A stretch of DNA of 63,851 nucleotides, filler included, from Octopus bimaculoides (Eukaryota), in NCBI RefSeq assembly GCF_001194135.2. It is 5 parts of 5 records of this genome, joined end to end, with 100 filler letters (N's around TTAATTAATTAA, not from the genome) between each part and the next. Parts side by side here need not be neighbours in the genome. Positions count along the whole stretch, not along the records: positions 1 to 24,422 come from NC_068994.1; 4 more parts are not named here. The stretch is one strand, 5' to 3'. Below are positions 1-12,180 of the stretch, piece after piece. The position numbers and the translations under genes are program-made. The notes beneath the pieces were generated by a model. It was given only the letters and a program-made list of their open reading frames with translations, ran no database searches and was not told the origin of the DNA. Numbering within the stretch: the first letter of the stretch is position 1; the number at the start of each line of letters is the position of its first letter.

Positions 1-233
1 GGCACATAAAAGACACCATTTCGAGCGTGGCCGTTTTCGTGCGGGTGACACGTAAAAGCACCCACTACACTCTCTGAGTGGTTGGTGTTAGGAAGGGCAT
101 CCAGCTGTAGAAACTCTGCCAAATTAGACTGGAGCCTGGTGTTGCCATCCGGTTTCACCAGTCCTCAGTCAAATCGTCCAACCCATGCTAGCATGGAAAG
201 CGGACGTTAAACGATGATGATGATGATGATGAT
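1..233 (+). mobile_element. RTE-clade LINE 3' UTR/terminus with (GAT)n tail
   Basis: Ends CCATGCTAGCATGGAAAGCGGACGTTAAAC(GAT)n. Nearly identical to the reverse complement of 61019-61260, which is related to the 3' UTR of the RTE RT fragment at 12181-12954. Confidence 0.75.
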
Positions 234-1094
234 ATATATATATATATTTATATTTGTCGTTATTTGACGTTGAAAAGCTGGTCTCTTTGTACCCAGAACA
301 GTGGCTTTTGACCTCCTAAGGCAATAAAAACTGGAGACAAAATTCTTTCTGTACCACACACATATACAGAAGTTTGTATTTATCTATGTACATATATAGT
401 GATACCGATATTGTTTGCTCACTTTCACCAAACATCTCAATTTTTCAGTTGTACCTAGTTTGTGATTGAGGTATTTTATTTTGCAAGGAAGTATTTTACC
501 TTGAATTTGTGATTTTAGAGAAAGGTAAGAAAGGTAAGAAATTTTTCATATTTCGCATCTTTGGTATTTTGACTTTACAGTTTGAATTGTCTATCCAATC
601 GAAATATTGCAACAGCTAACAGTGAAATATAGAATTTAAAAACAGCTTTTTCAACTGTTATCAAGTCTTTGAGAACATTCACGTCTATTTTTCAACAATA
701 TATAATTTGAAATAGTTTGCTTTTGTTTTGGACTGAAAATGTTTTGCATTTTAATGTTCTTGAATAAACTTCTTTGCATACAAAAGCTGAGACAACTATA
801 CTTCACAGTTATTTTGAAATGCTTGTCTTTTGATATTTGTGAATCCATTGAATAAATATTCAACCCTAATAAATGATGGCCTTCCTAAACATGAAATAAT
901 ACAATAGTTCCAGCCCTAAATAAATTTAACTTGTACTTTTAAAGATGTTCTTTAGGATAACATAAAATATTGAACTTCAGATAGAATGAAGTAAAATATA
1001 GTTATGAATAAAAGGGACATAGATTATGAATTTTGATTGAAGAGATGGGGCCTCAAAACAAAAAGTTGCAAGGGGCCTCTAAAAGTCATGTGAT

Positions 1095-1350
1095 GACCCT
1101 GCTTCCAACCAAACATGCTTTGGTTTTTCTCAGACGAGAAAAATTTCTGCCAGGATCAGATGGTGAACACAAAGACACAACTGTTGGCTTGTCATGTCCC
1201 CAAAATATGTACCGAGAGTGATAAAGATCAAACATCCGGGTGTTTGGAGTGATCACTAGTGATGGCGACGTTATGCCTCCATTCATCTTCTCACACAGCT
1301 TCAGACTCAACACGGAGATCTACATCAAGTGTTTGGAGGAGGTAGTACTG
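1095..1350 (+). mobile_element. DD37D/maT-type Tc1/mariner transposase fragment (frameshifted)
   Basis: Joined frames read ...FSDEKNFCQDQMVN...VITSDGDVMPPFIFSHSFRLNTEIYIKCLEEVVL (first catalytic D region). Stops right after LEEVVL, the motif repeated at 56232-56399. Confidence 0.8.
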
Positions 1351-1879
1351 TAAGGTAGTGTTTTATATGTATATATATATAAATTAGATTTAGAATTAAA
1401 GAATTAAGGTTTAGAAAGGAGTCCCAGGTAGTGTGCCTTCAGAGCACATTCACCACTTATGGCTACCAAACACCATCAGCATTACTGTGCATTCATTGTT
1501 GGATTTACGTCCAGAATTCTGAGGTGCATGTAGGGTATGTTTAAAATGGTTGATTCAGAAGATGGAGTGTAACTTGAAGCTTTATTAACACAACGATCGT
1601 TTTGGCTTCATTCTCACTTCTCCCTAGTGGGCATGAGATGATGTAATGACATCAGACGGGATGCACAGTGCAAAAGAGCCTCATACGGTGATGTAACATG
1701 CTTCAAAAGTTACCAGATTTACATTTCATTTTTGGTGGTGAAATGCTAGCAGTTCAGACACATTTGGTTAAGTGAGGAAGGTGTGGTCAGGAAGAAAATA
1801 AGATAAAAACACAAAGAATCTAATGTAAAAAAGAATGGGGGATGTTTATAGTTATGGTCAAGAAGTCGTTGCTAAAAAT

Positions 1880-3171
1880 AAAAATAAAAAGATTAAAAAA
1901 TTTTTTTTTAAATAAAAAGATACAATTGCATGAACTAAAAGTCAGAAGGGGACGAGATAAACTACCTGCATCAACTTGCTATAAAAGCAGGTAGTAATTT
2001 TACCTTGTCCTTATTCTTAGTGCAAGTTTTGAAGAGAGCAGTTCGATTTTAACACTTATTTTTTCAAAGCTATAATGGAAGTGAAAAAGGAGCATATTCA
2101 GCATATTTTGCTTTATAAGTTCAACAAAGGCAACAACATAATGGAAAGTGTGAGGAATATTAATGCATTATATGGGGATCAGACAATAAGCATAAGCTGG
2201 TGTCAACAGTTGTTCCAGAAATTTTGAGCCAGAAACTACAGTCTAGAAGATGAGTCTCATCCTGGAAGATCTGTAGAGCTCGAAGAAGATGTCCTGCAAA
2301 CACTGGTAGAACAAAATCTCATTGTAACTGTTGAGGAACTAGCAGAGAAGCTTGGATTTGGTTATTTAACCATTCATTGACACCTGTGTGCTATAGGAAT
2401 GTCAGCAAATTGGGTCAATGGGTTCCTCACAAACTTTCGAAGTCTAATTGCATGCAGAGAGTGAATGAGTGCTCTTCTCTGCTGTCACGTCTCATGAATG
2501 AACCCTTTTTGAACTGAATAGTGACTGGTGACAAGAAATGGGTTCTCTATAAAAATGTCAAGTGCTGAAGACAGAGGGAAGGAAATGAAGAAACACCAGC
2601 ACCTCAGGCTAAAGAAGGTCTTAACCCATGCAAGATGTTGCTATCTGTTTGGTGGGATGTGAAAAGTTTAGTTCACTTTGAACTTTTAAACCCAAACCAA
2701 ATGGTAACAAAGATTTAATGTGAGAAGCTTGAGTGGTTTAAGTCAGTGCTAGAAGAAAAACGACCATTTGGTTTCAAGATGAAAGGTGTTCTATCAGTAT
2801 AATGCTCGGCCACATACAGTGAGGATGACATTCCAAAGGCTGGAGCAGTTTGAAAGAGAAACAATGCTCCACCCACCATATTCCCTGGACATTACCCCAT
2901 CTGACTATCATTTATTCTGCAGTCTTCAAAATTATTTGGATGGAATATATGAATTCTGTAGTCAAGGTCAGAACAGTACTGGAGGAGTATTTTTCATTAC
3001 AAACAAGCGAATTTTGGAAGAGGGGCCTTGCAAGTCTGTCAGATAGATGGAAGGGCATTGTAGAAAATAAAGGAGAGTATATTTTAGGTTCAAAAAGAAC
3101 TTTGTTTATCTAAATTTTGAAAAATATAAAACGTATTTAAAAAAACGCATTATTTATGGGATGACCCAATA
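1880..3171 (+). mobile_element. Decayed mariner (DD34D-type) transposon, 5' TIR lost
   Basis: ATG at 2075 gives MEVKKEHIQHILLYKFNKG... (HTH), followed by VTGDKKWVLY, YNARPH and PPYSLDITPSDYHLF, with stops and frameshifts. TIR-like 3' end TTTATGGGATGACCCAA followed by TA at 3170-3171. The 5' boundary is approximate. Confidence 0.9.
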
Positions 3172-4255
3172 AATGGAGGGGGGTGGAGGATGTGTGTGTG
3201 TGTGGAGGGTGGGTGTGGTGGGTGTATGGAAGGTGTGTGTCTGTCTGTTTGTGGAGGGGGTGTTTATGGCTTTAGATTAAATGGCTTAGCATATGTAAAT
3301 GTTTGATTGCTGGCTATAGCAGTCAAGCACAACTTTAGTGGGGATGTGATTCTGGTCTTTAGACTTTGTGGCTGCCTACACCAACACACATGCACAGACA
3401 CACACTCACTCACATCTATATACATATGTGTGCACATGCATGTATACATTCACATACACATATGTCTACACTCCCGCATGCTCACACACATATACATATA
3501 CATACATACCAGCAAACATCGGTCATCCTGTCAATAGGCACACACATGCACTCACTCATGCATACATGGACATACAGTCACCCATATACATGTGTGTATG
3601 TGTATATATATATATATGTGTGTGTATGTATGTATGTGGACACATGCGCATGGCTGTACCTATCCCAGTGTGGGAAGGTGTCAGAGAAAGTGTGAGCTGG
3701 GTGGTTTAGTGATGCAAACAGGAAAATAGAACTCAGAACATGAGTGTATATGTTTATGCTTTTGTTTTGATTATTAATTGACAGAAAAGCAACAGGAAGC
3801 TGGTAGAATTATTAGTATGCCGGTTAATAAGCTCAGCTGTTTTTATACACACACCCACACCCACACACACACATATGTGTGAGTGTGTCTGTATACACAT
3901 ATATGTGTTGAAAGTAGCTTATGCAAATGCAATTACTAGTTTTCTATGCAGCAGAAACATATGTCAAACAAATTTAAATCAAATATGCTGTATAATTGAC
4001 TGTAGAAATCAAAAATATGCAGATTTACTAATAGCTGTATTGACTGTAACTGTCTTGGATATGCACTCAATAAAATATTTGTAATTCTGTAAACTAAATC
4101 CAGGATTTACCCATCTAATGAATTACAGTGGGAGTGCTCACTTTTAGCAATCCTAGGTGCTCTTTACAACCTGATGTGGTTAGCCAGGAACCAGATTCAA
4201 TTATAACTAGGTGCTCATACAGTATCTGTCTGAATAATTTATCCCCACCTGTTCA

Positions 4256-4314
<59 letters not shown>

Positions 4315-4478
4315 GTACAAGTGAGGATATTTAAACCTCAGAGGGATAAAAATATCCAAGATTAGACTGGTTGAATACCTAATAATATAGGCACATACAT
4401 ATATATTATTATTATAAAAACCAAGAGAGAAGATGGAGATATGATTAATAAAAATTTATCAATACATTGACAAGACCT

Positions 4479-4750
4479 ACAATTGTTTCAATTAATCGCT
4501 TATAGTATAAAATCAATGAAGTTTAATTTAATTTAATTAAATCGATTTGATAAATTATTATAAAGCCAGAATATCATCAGGGAAGAACGTACTAAGAAAT
4601 TTATATATAGCATATTTAAAACATAATGAAAACATTAAATGATCATTTAATGTTTTCATTCTGTCTTGTAATAATTAACCAAATTGATCTAATTAAATTA
4701 AATTAAATTTGATTGATTTTATACTATAAGCAATGAGTTGAAACAATTGT
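4479..4750. repeat. Fold-back structure: 71-bp inverted arms around a perfect 36-bp palindrome
   Basis: 4479-4549 matches the reverse complement of 4680-4750 with few mismatches. 4625-4660 AATGAAAACATTAAATGATCATTTAATGTTTTCATT is a perfect palindrome. Confidence 0.85.
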
Positions 4751-4805
4751 CCAAAATTCTGTCCAAAAATGTAATTTTTCCAAATAAAGTGCACTTGATA
4801 TTCAA

Positions 4806-4886
4806 GGCTCCGATGAAGCTATAGTGTGTTATCTGGATACTCAACTAAGAGTTGACCTCATCTTATAGCAGAAACAGCTGTAAGCT
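4806..4886 (+). ncRNA. Minimal type I hammerhead ribozyme, core variant CCGAUGA
   Basis: GGCT-CCGATGA-A-GCTATA...TATAGC-A-GAAAC-AGCT-GTA-AGCT. Helix II is 6 bp, helix III is the palindrome ACAGCTGT, the triplet is GUA and helix I is GCT/AGC. Confidence 0.65.
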
Positions 4887-4963
4887 AGTGATGTTCATTA
4901 CATAACCTTTGTTTTTCCAGTGTCATTTCTTTGTTCTTATATATATATATATATATATATATA

Positions 4964-6275
4964 AAAGGTGCATTCCAAAAGATTTGAGACTTTTTTAGGA
5001 GAGATATTTACTAATTTCAGAGAAGTACAAAACACTAATCTCTTTCAAAGTAGGAACCTTTGACTTCAATATACTTGTAGTGCTCCAGCCATTTCATGAA
5101 GGTCTCATGGAAGTCCTCTAAAGTGAAGATGTTCAGGACCCTTGTCACAGCCTCTTTCATCTTCTCACTGTATTCAAAATGACTGCCCCCCCCCCTGATG
5201 TTCTCCTTCATCTTATGGAACACTCAGAAGTCACTAGGAGCAAGGTCTGTACTGTAGGGAGATTGAGGGACAGTTTGATGCTTGTCTCTGACAAGTAGTT
5301 GGTAACCAGGATAGAATTGTGTGTTGGTGCATTGACATGATGCAAGTATCACTGATCTAAATGGAAGAGCTCTGGCCTCTTGTGAAATCTCTTCCTGAAC
5401 TCTCTCAAAACTTCTGCAAAGTACTCTTTGTTGATCATCTGGCAAAAAGGATCCCAGTGGATACAGATGATGCCCTTGTCAAAACAAGGGATCATCAAGA
5501 ACTTTCTGGACTTGTTTTGCTTGGCCTTTTTTGAGTTTGGGAGAGCCAGAATGCTTCCATTGAGCATTCCCATGATCTCTGGATCATAACAGTAGGTTCA
5601 GCTTTTGTTACAAGAGACTCAAGTATTCTTGGCCTGGAGGTACTGAGTTCAACTATCACCCTGCTGTCACCAATACATTTTTCTTTCTGTTTGCCACTGA
5701 GCACTCTGGGAACAAACTTTGCCCAAATTTTGTGCATCTTCAAATCTTCATGAATTATTGTATGTACAGTTTCCACACCAACTCCAAACTGTATGGTTAT
5801 TGTCTTTATAGATACACAATGTCCTTCATCCAGATATTTGCGAATTTTCTGAAACAGCTCTGTTTAACATTCCTCTCCCTCCCATACTTCTCATCATCTC
5901 TCACCTCTTCTCTGCTGTCCTTGAACCTCTTGTGCCAACAAAAAACAAATGCTCAGTTCACATAAATTAATCTATAAGCAGTCTGGAGTATTTCATAAGT
6001 TACTGTAGCACTTTTGCTCAATTTAACACAAAACCTGTTTGCATAGTGAGCTTCCAAATCGTCTTCATGTCCCAATTGCATCCTGCAAACTAGTCAGCTG
6101 TGACAAGCAATATTTAGTAGGTGTATTCAAGTGCTGTTACAGCTGTCCCTTTCAATCTGGAATAAGAAAAATGTTGGTAGGTCAGCTTATTAATGATATA
6201 CTAAAATTACAATAAATTAGGGCAGTTATAACTGCCTCTCCTAAAAAAGTCTCAAAACTTCCAGAATGCACCTTG
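4964..6275 (-). mobile_element. Near full-length decayed mariner (DD34D-type) with both TIRs
   Basis: AAGGTGCATTCCAAAAGATTTGAGACTTTTTT (left) pairs with AAAAAAGTCTCAAAACTTCCAGAATGCACCTT (right). Minus-strand pieces: TIIHEDLKMHKIWAKFVPRVL, INKEYFAEVLREFRKR, PYSTDLAPSDF. Confidence 0.9.
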
Positions 6276-6278
6276 TTT

Positions 6279-6407
6279 TATGTATGTATGTATGTATGTA
6301 TGTATGTGTGTATGTACGTACGTATGTATGTATGTATGTATGTATGTATGTATGTATGTGTGTGTATTTGTATGTATGTATGTATGTATGTATGTATGTA
6401 TGTATGT
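6279..6407. repeat. (TATG)n microsatellite
   Basis: Direct reading; abuts the mariner TIR. Confidence 0.9.
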
Positions 6408-6936
6408 GTCATTATCATCATCATTAGCTTATCCATTTCATTATTAGTTGACAATGATTCAGCATATGAAACATGAAATCATAGTATTAGAAGTGATCTG
6501 ATCTCTGTTTTTTCTCTTCAATAGTTCTGGTTCTGTATCTATTTCCAATTTTGTTGTGTTATGTTAGTCATAATTTTGTATATAGTTTTACCCTAATTTC
6601 TTGAATCACCAGTAACTATANNNNNNNNNNNNNNNNNNNNNNNNNNNNNNNNNNNNNNNNNNNNNNNNNNNNNNNNNNNNNNNNNNNNNNNNNNNNNNNN
6701 NNNNNNNNNNNNNNNNNNNNNNNNNNNNNNNNNNNNNNNNNNNNNNNNNNNNNNNNNNNNNNNNNNNNNNNNNNNNNNNNNNNNNNNNNNNNNNNNNNNN
6801 NNNNNNNNNNNNNNNNNNNNNNNNNNNNNNNNNNNNNNNNNNNNNNNNNNNNNNNNNNNNNNNNNNNNNNNNNNNNNNNNNNNNNNNNNNNNNNNNNNNN
6901 NNNNNNNNNNNNNNNNNNNNNNNNNNNNNNNNNNNN

Positions 6937-6969
<33 letters not shown>

Positions 6970-7182
6970 TATGTGTGTGTGTCTGTGTTTGTCCCTCAAC
7001 ATCGCTTGACAACCAATGCTGGTTGTTTACATCCCCATCACTTAGCGGTTCAGTAAGAGACCAATAGAATAAGTACTAAGCTTACAAAGAATACATCCTG
7101 GGGTCGATTTGCTCGACTAAAGGCGATGCTCTGGCATGGCCTCAGTCAAATGACTTGAAACAAGTAAAAGAGTAAAAGAGTA
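6970..7182 (+). mobile_element. tRNA-derived SINE family 1, 3' half
   Basis: Matches the 3' half of the copy at 21735-22136 (CATCGCTTGACAACC...GAAACAAGTAAAAGAG). Confidence 0.8.
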
Positions 7183-7849
7183 AGTTGTCACCTACTCTTC
7201 CCTACTTTCCCTCCAATGTTTACAATATTTCTTTCCTGCTATGAAGCTTGACTTTCTTTAATATGTATTTTTCTGAACTTGTCTTCTCATGTGATACTTA
7301 TTTGTCTTAGCATCATATAAATAGAAACTGTTTTTATTTTCCTTTATCTATTTGCACTATATCATCCATATCTCCAAAATTCAATAGTAGGGTGGATAAC
7401 ATTATTGCTCAGTATACTTTATGCTTGACTTGAAATAATACATGCTTGTTATCCACAGTCACTCTCTCAGACTTCTTGTTAGCTAGTTTGTCACTGAGCC
7501 AGCTATTGCTGCTGCCTGTACTCAGTTGGATATAGTGGCTTTCCCCCATCAGCTCTTGTTCTTCAACTGAGATGAATTTAGGTTTGCCACTTTATCAGTC
7601 AAGTCAGAAATAAGGTGCTAAAGGACTCAAGCCTTTCACTTGCAAATTTTCAAGCATTGTATATTCACCAATATCTGTATGACCTCTGCACTGTTGGCAA
7701 CAAGAGTGCAATAATCAGCAAATGGCATTACTTATAGTATGTGATGGTCTTCATCCTAGCTTTGGAGTATGATACTATAAGTTTAGCATTGGGTCTTGTG
7801 TGCACTTTCAGTTTAGCTGGAGAATGCTTCTTTGGGTATTGCTGTAAAA

Positions 7850-7972
7850 TGTATATATACATATATATATATACATATATATATATACATATATATATAT
7901 ACATATATATATATACATATATATATATACATATATATATATACATATATATATATACACATATATATATAC

Positions 7973-8021
<49 letters not shown>

Positions 8022-8122
8022 NNNNNNNNNNTATATACATATATATATATACATATATATATATACATATATATATATACATATATATATATACATATAT
8101 ATATATACACATATATATATAC

Positions 8123-8187
<65 letters not shown>

Positions 8188-8188
8188 A
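7850..8188. repeat. Compound (TA)n/(TACA) microsatellite spanning a 10-N gap
   Basis: The patterns on either side of the gap at 8022-8031 are near-duplicates, possibly overlapping contig ends. Confidence 0.85.
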
Positions 8189-8353
8189 AGTAGTTGTATG
8201 CTGTCAAGTTAATGTGACAGTCCCATGAAGGGAATAATACTACTGCTATTTAGCCCTAGGAAGCAGCACCACTTCCTGTTGGCCTTGACACATTTCCTGT
8301 GTCCTTATGTTTACAAGGGGAAAACAAGCACCTCCACTTAGCTAAGCCTGCAT

Positions 8354-8394
8354 CCAGAGACATGTTTCTGAGTCTTTGCTCGTCATCAGTCAAG
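8354..8394 (-). ncRNA. Minimal type I hammerhead ribozyme
   Basis: Minus strand CTTGA-CTGATGA-C-GAG-CAAAGA-CTC-A-GAAAC-AT-GTC-TCTGG. Intact core, helix III palindrome ACATGT, GUC triplet; helices I and II are short. Confidence 0.6.
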
Positions 8395-10409
8395 AATAGC
8401 AATGGCCTGCTAGTTAAAATCTTTATTACGATCACTGCCAAATCCACTCTGAGGCTAAAGTAGAAGACACTTGCCCAAAGTGCCACATAGTGAGACTGAA
8501 CTTGGAACCATGTGGTTGGGAAGCAAACTTTTTCCAATGGTGAAGACATATTTCCAGCCTAGTGGGACATTACCAGCTTCCCATGATTCCAACATCAACT
8601 GGTTAAGATATTTACATGAATTTGTCATCTTGCCTTCTCCACACTGTTGGAATCTTGTTGATTCCTGGTGCCTTTCAATCTGCAACCAGAATCTCCTCTA
8701 CACATAGACACATAGACACACACACACACATACACATGCACACATGCACACACACACACGCACATACATGCATGTGTGCATGCATGCATGCACGCACACA
8801 CACACACACACACATGCACACATGCACACATACACACTGACATGAAGAGAAAGAGAGATCAAATTAGTGAAAAATGTAAAGGAGAAATTATTTAAAAATT
8901 GATGTATGCGAATACATAAAACCAAGAATCTAAGGAATGCATTTAAAGATAATTACATATTACTAAATTCCGAGAATTAACAGATGAAAATTTGAAATAA
9001 CAACATAAATAGATACATACACACACACACACAGACGTCTGTGTGTGTGTGTGTGTGTTTGAATTAGTATGTTTATTTGTTTCTTACATTAGCATAAAAC
9101 TAAAGCCATTTATAAGCAAAACATAGTTAACTGGACTGATCTCCCAATATATAACCTTTACTTATTTTATTGACATGCACACCACTACTGAAGATTAAAA
9201 GACAAGGTCACCCTAGAATAATTTGAATACAAAAAGTGATTGGCGTAAGTAAATACTACAAGGAATTTTGTGAAACAGATGCAGGCATAGCTGTATGGTA
9301 AGAAGTTTGCTTCTCGGCTGCGTGGTTCTGAGTTTAGTCCGACTGCCTAGCATCTTGAGCAAGTGTTTTCTACTGTAATCCCAGGCTGAGCAAAGCCTTG
9401 TGAATGGATTTGATAGAAGCAAATTGAAAGAAACCCATCATATATGTCTATATATCTGTGTGTGCCTTAGCGTTTGTGTTAGTCCCCAACCATCACTTGA
9501 AAGCTTATGTTGGTTTCATTACATCTCCATGACTTAACAGTTTGGCAAAAGAAACTGATAAGATAAATACCAGACTTAGAGAAATACGTACTGGGATTGA
9601 TATATTTAATGAAATCCCTTAAAGATGGTGACTCAACATGGCCACAGTCCAATGACTGAAACAAACAAAAGCTAAAGGGTAAATAATCTATTGATTTTTG
9701 CCATTCACTTAACTCTGAACTGAATTACTATGGAGCTCTTATTGAGCAGGCTTCTGATCAAAGGCTTTTTAGTCATGACTACCTCTTACAATTCAATTTA
9801 TGTCTCACACTATGCTGTCTTTTGTGTCCTTTTGTTTCCCCAAGACATTAGAGTATAATTTGGCTGCAATTTCTAGCAGTTCTAACAACTACTTAGAGAG
9901 GTTTCCCTACTTACATAAGTATTACACATAAAAATTGTTTAAAAATATACACAAAAAGATGAACCTAGCTGATATGTAATGTTTATTGGAAATGGTCAAC
10001 CAAATATCCACAGGAAAGAATATCAGAAACTTTTCAGAAAGTGACATGTGTGTTTTTGTGCATGTGTATATGAATGTGTAGACACATATACACATGTACA
10101 ATGATGTTAGATTGAATGAATAAACAGTTCAGAATGTATGCTTCACTTACTATATAACTCACTCAATCAAATTATTCATGAGTTTTGTTTGGAATATTAT
10201 TTCTGTTTTTTACTCATTATTGTTTCCATAGTAACAGAAAGTAAAATTCTCATCAATCAAAATCCAATATGTCAGGGCTAAAACCACTTGCTCTATTGAA
10301 TATACATATATACATGCATACACAGACACACACATACATTGGTATTATATATAAATAACATATATGTGTGTGTATGTGTGTGTGTATATATATATATATA
10401 AATATATAT

Positions 10410-10410
<1 letters not shown>

Positions 10411-10441
<31 letters not shown>

Positions 10442-10615
10442 TTAATGTCTGTTTTCAATACTGACATGGGTTGAATAGTTTGAGCAGAGCTTGTAAGGCT
10501 AAGAGCCGCACTAGACTCCGTTGTCTGTTGGTTTCTTTGGCTGGGTGCCCTTCTTAACACCAACCACTCCACATAGCGTACTGGGTGTTTTTTATGTGGT
10601 ACCAACATCCGTATT
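10411..10615 (-). mobile_element. RTE LINE 3' end, diverged
   Basis: (CAT)n followed by sequence similar to 61019-61210. Confidence 0.65.
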
Positions 10616-10684
10616 TAACGTCTGTGACTACAATTTGTTGTTAGTCATTCTGTTCTGTGTACGCTTCACTGGAAGATAAAAATT

Positions 10685-11438
10685 GTTATTAATAAAGAGT
10701 ATGGAGTATGAAGACTTGTACATCCACAAGATTTATTTTATAGTTATGTTCAGCTTATTATAATGACCTACACGTGTTTCTGCTGCAGCAAATGCAACCT
10801 AGCAATATTGTTGTTGCAGCTTCATCAGGGTCTGTCTATTTGGTCATACTCAAAGTGAACTGATTGAAGTAAATTTTTGTTTGTTAGTGTTCTGTGTGAG
10901 GTGTGGCGGTGGTGGTGGTGGTGGTGGTGGTGGTGGTGGTGGGGAGTTATTTATAAATATGTCCTGCTGACCTCAAATTCACCCCATGAGCAGCCCAACC
11001 AAACAATGAATATAAACAAACATGATAGTGGTACTACAAACATTACACTCAATACATGCACAACACTCCAATACAAACACAACACTTGAAATCAAAAATA
11101 TAACACACACAACCATTAAAACAAACAAAGAACCTTACAAAAACACTAATCTCCAACTTGACCAATTCTAGACCAAGCCCTTTAGACCTATTCTAGATCA
11201 AGAACATGGGGTGAATTTGAGGTCAGCAGCACATACCTATAAATAACAACTCCACCACCCCTCAAAAAATACTAACAAACAAAAATTTACTTCAGTTAGT
11301 TCACATCAAGGATGAACAAATGGATGGACCCCGAAGTTTTTGTATTTGCAATAGTGAGTAGTTGCTATATCAGAAACACATGAAGATCATTATAATATGC
11401 TGTATATAACTGTAAACTAAATACTCTTTATTATTAAT

Positions 11439-11441
<3 letters not shown>
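10685..11441. repeat. Imperfect inverted duplication (10685-10988 vs 11205-11441) of a hammerhead-bearing element
   Basis: Shared blocks in opposite orientation: GTTATTAATAA, TATTATAATGA, GTGTTTCTG, GAAGTAAATTTTTGTTTGTTAGT and GCTGACCTCAAATTCACCCCATG. Confidence 0.85.
10765..10832 (-). ncRNA. Minimal type I hammerhead ribozyme, intact core
   Basis: Minus strand GACC-CTGATGA-A-GCTGCA...TGCAGC-A-GAAAC-ACGT-GTA-GGTC. Helix I is 4 bp, helix II is 6 bp, helix III is the palindrome ACACGTGT and the triplet is GUA. Confidence 0.8.
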
Positions 11442-11489
<48 letters not shown>

Positions 11490-11570
11490 CACAAGTTGAG
11501 TGGGTATAGAAGCAATTATGCTGATAAACAAATTAGATGCCTTAAATATATTAAATATATATAATAATAT

Positions 11571-11976
11571 ATACTCTTTACTCTTTTACTCTTTTACTTG
11601 TTTCAGTCATTTGACTGTGGCCATGCTGGGGCACCACCTTTAGTCGAGAAAATCGACCCCAGGACTTATTCTTTGGAAGCCTAGTACTTATTCTATCGGT
11701 CTCTTTTCCCGCACCGCTAAGTGACGGGGACATAAACACACCAGCATCGGTTGTCAAGCAATGCTAAGGGGACAAACACAGACACACAAACATACACACA
11801 TACATATGTATACATATATACGACAGGCTTCTTTCAGTTTCCATCTACCAAATCCACTCACAAGGCTTTGGTCCACCCGAGGCTATAGTAGAAGACACTT
11901 ACCCATGCAGTGGAACTGAACCCAGAACCATGTGGTTTATAAGCAACCTACTTACCACACAGCCACTCCTGCACCT
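11571..11976 (-). mobile_element. tRNA-derived SINE family 1, full length
   Basis: Reverse complement of 21735-22136, with a (TACTCTTT)n-type tail at 11571-11597. Confidence 0.9.
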
Positions 11977-12180
11977 TTAAACAAATGTTTATAATAATGA
12001 TAAATATATAAAGGTGTAGGTAGAAACTCTATAAGATGTACCCTGTGTAAGCTATGGACACATAGGAGGTGCAGCAATATCAAAGGAAGGCTAGCTGGGA
12101 AGATAGTTTTAGTGTGTGGCAAATGCTCAGAGGCAATGAACACTGAAAATGTGCAGAAAACAGCTTCTGTCACATTCCAG

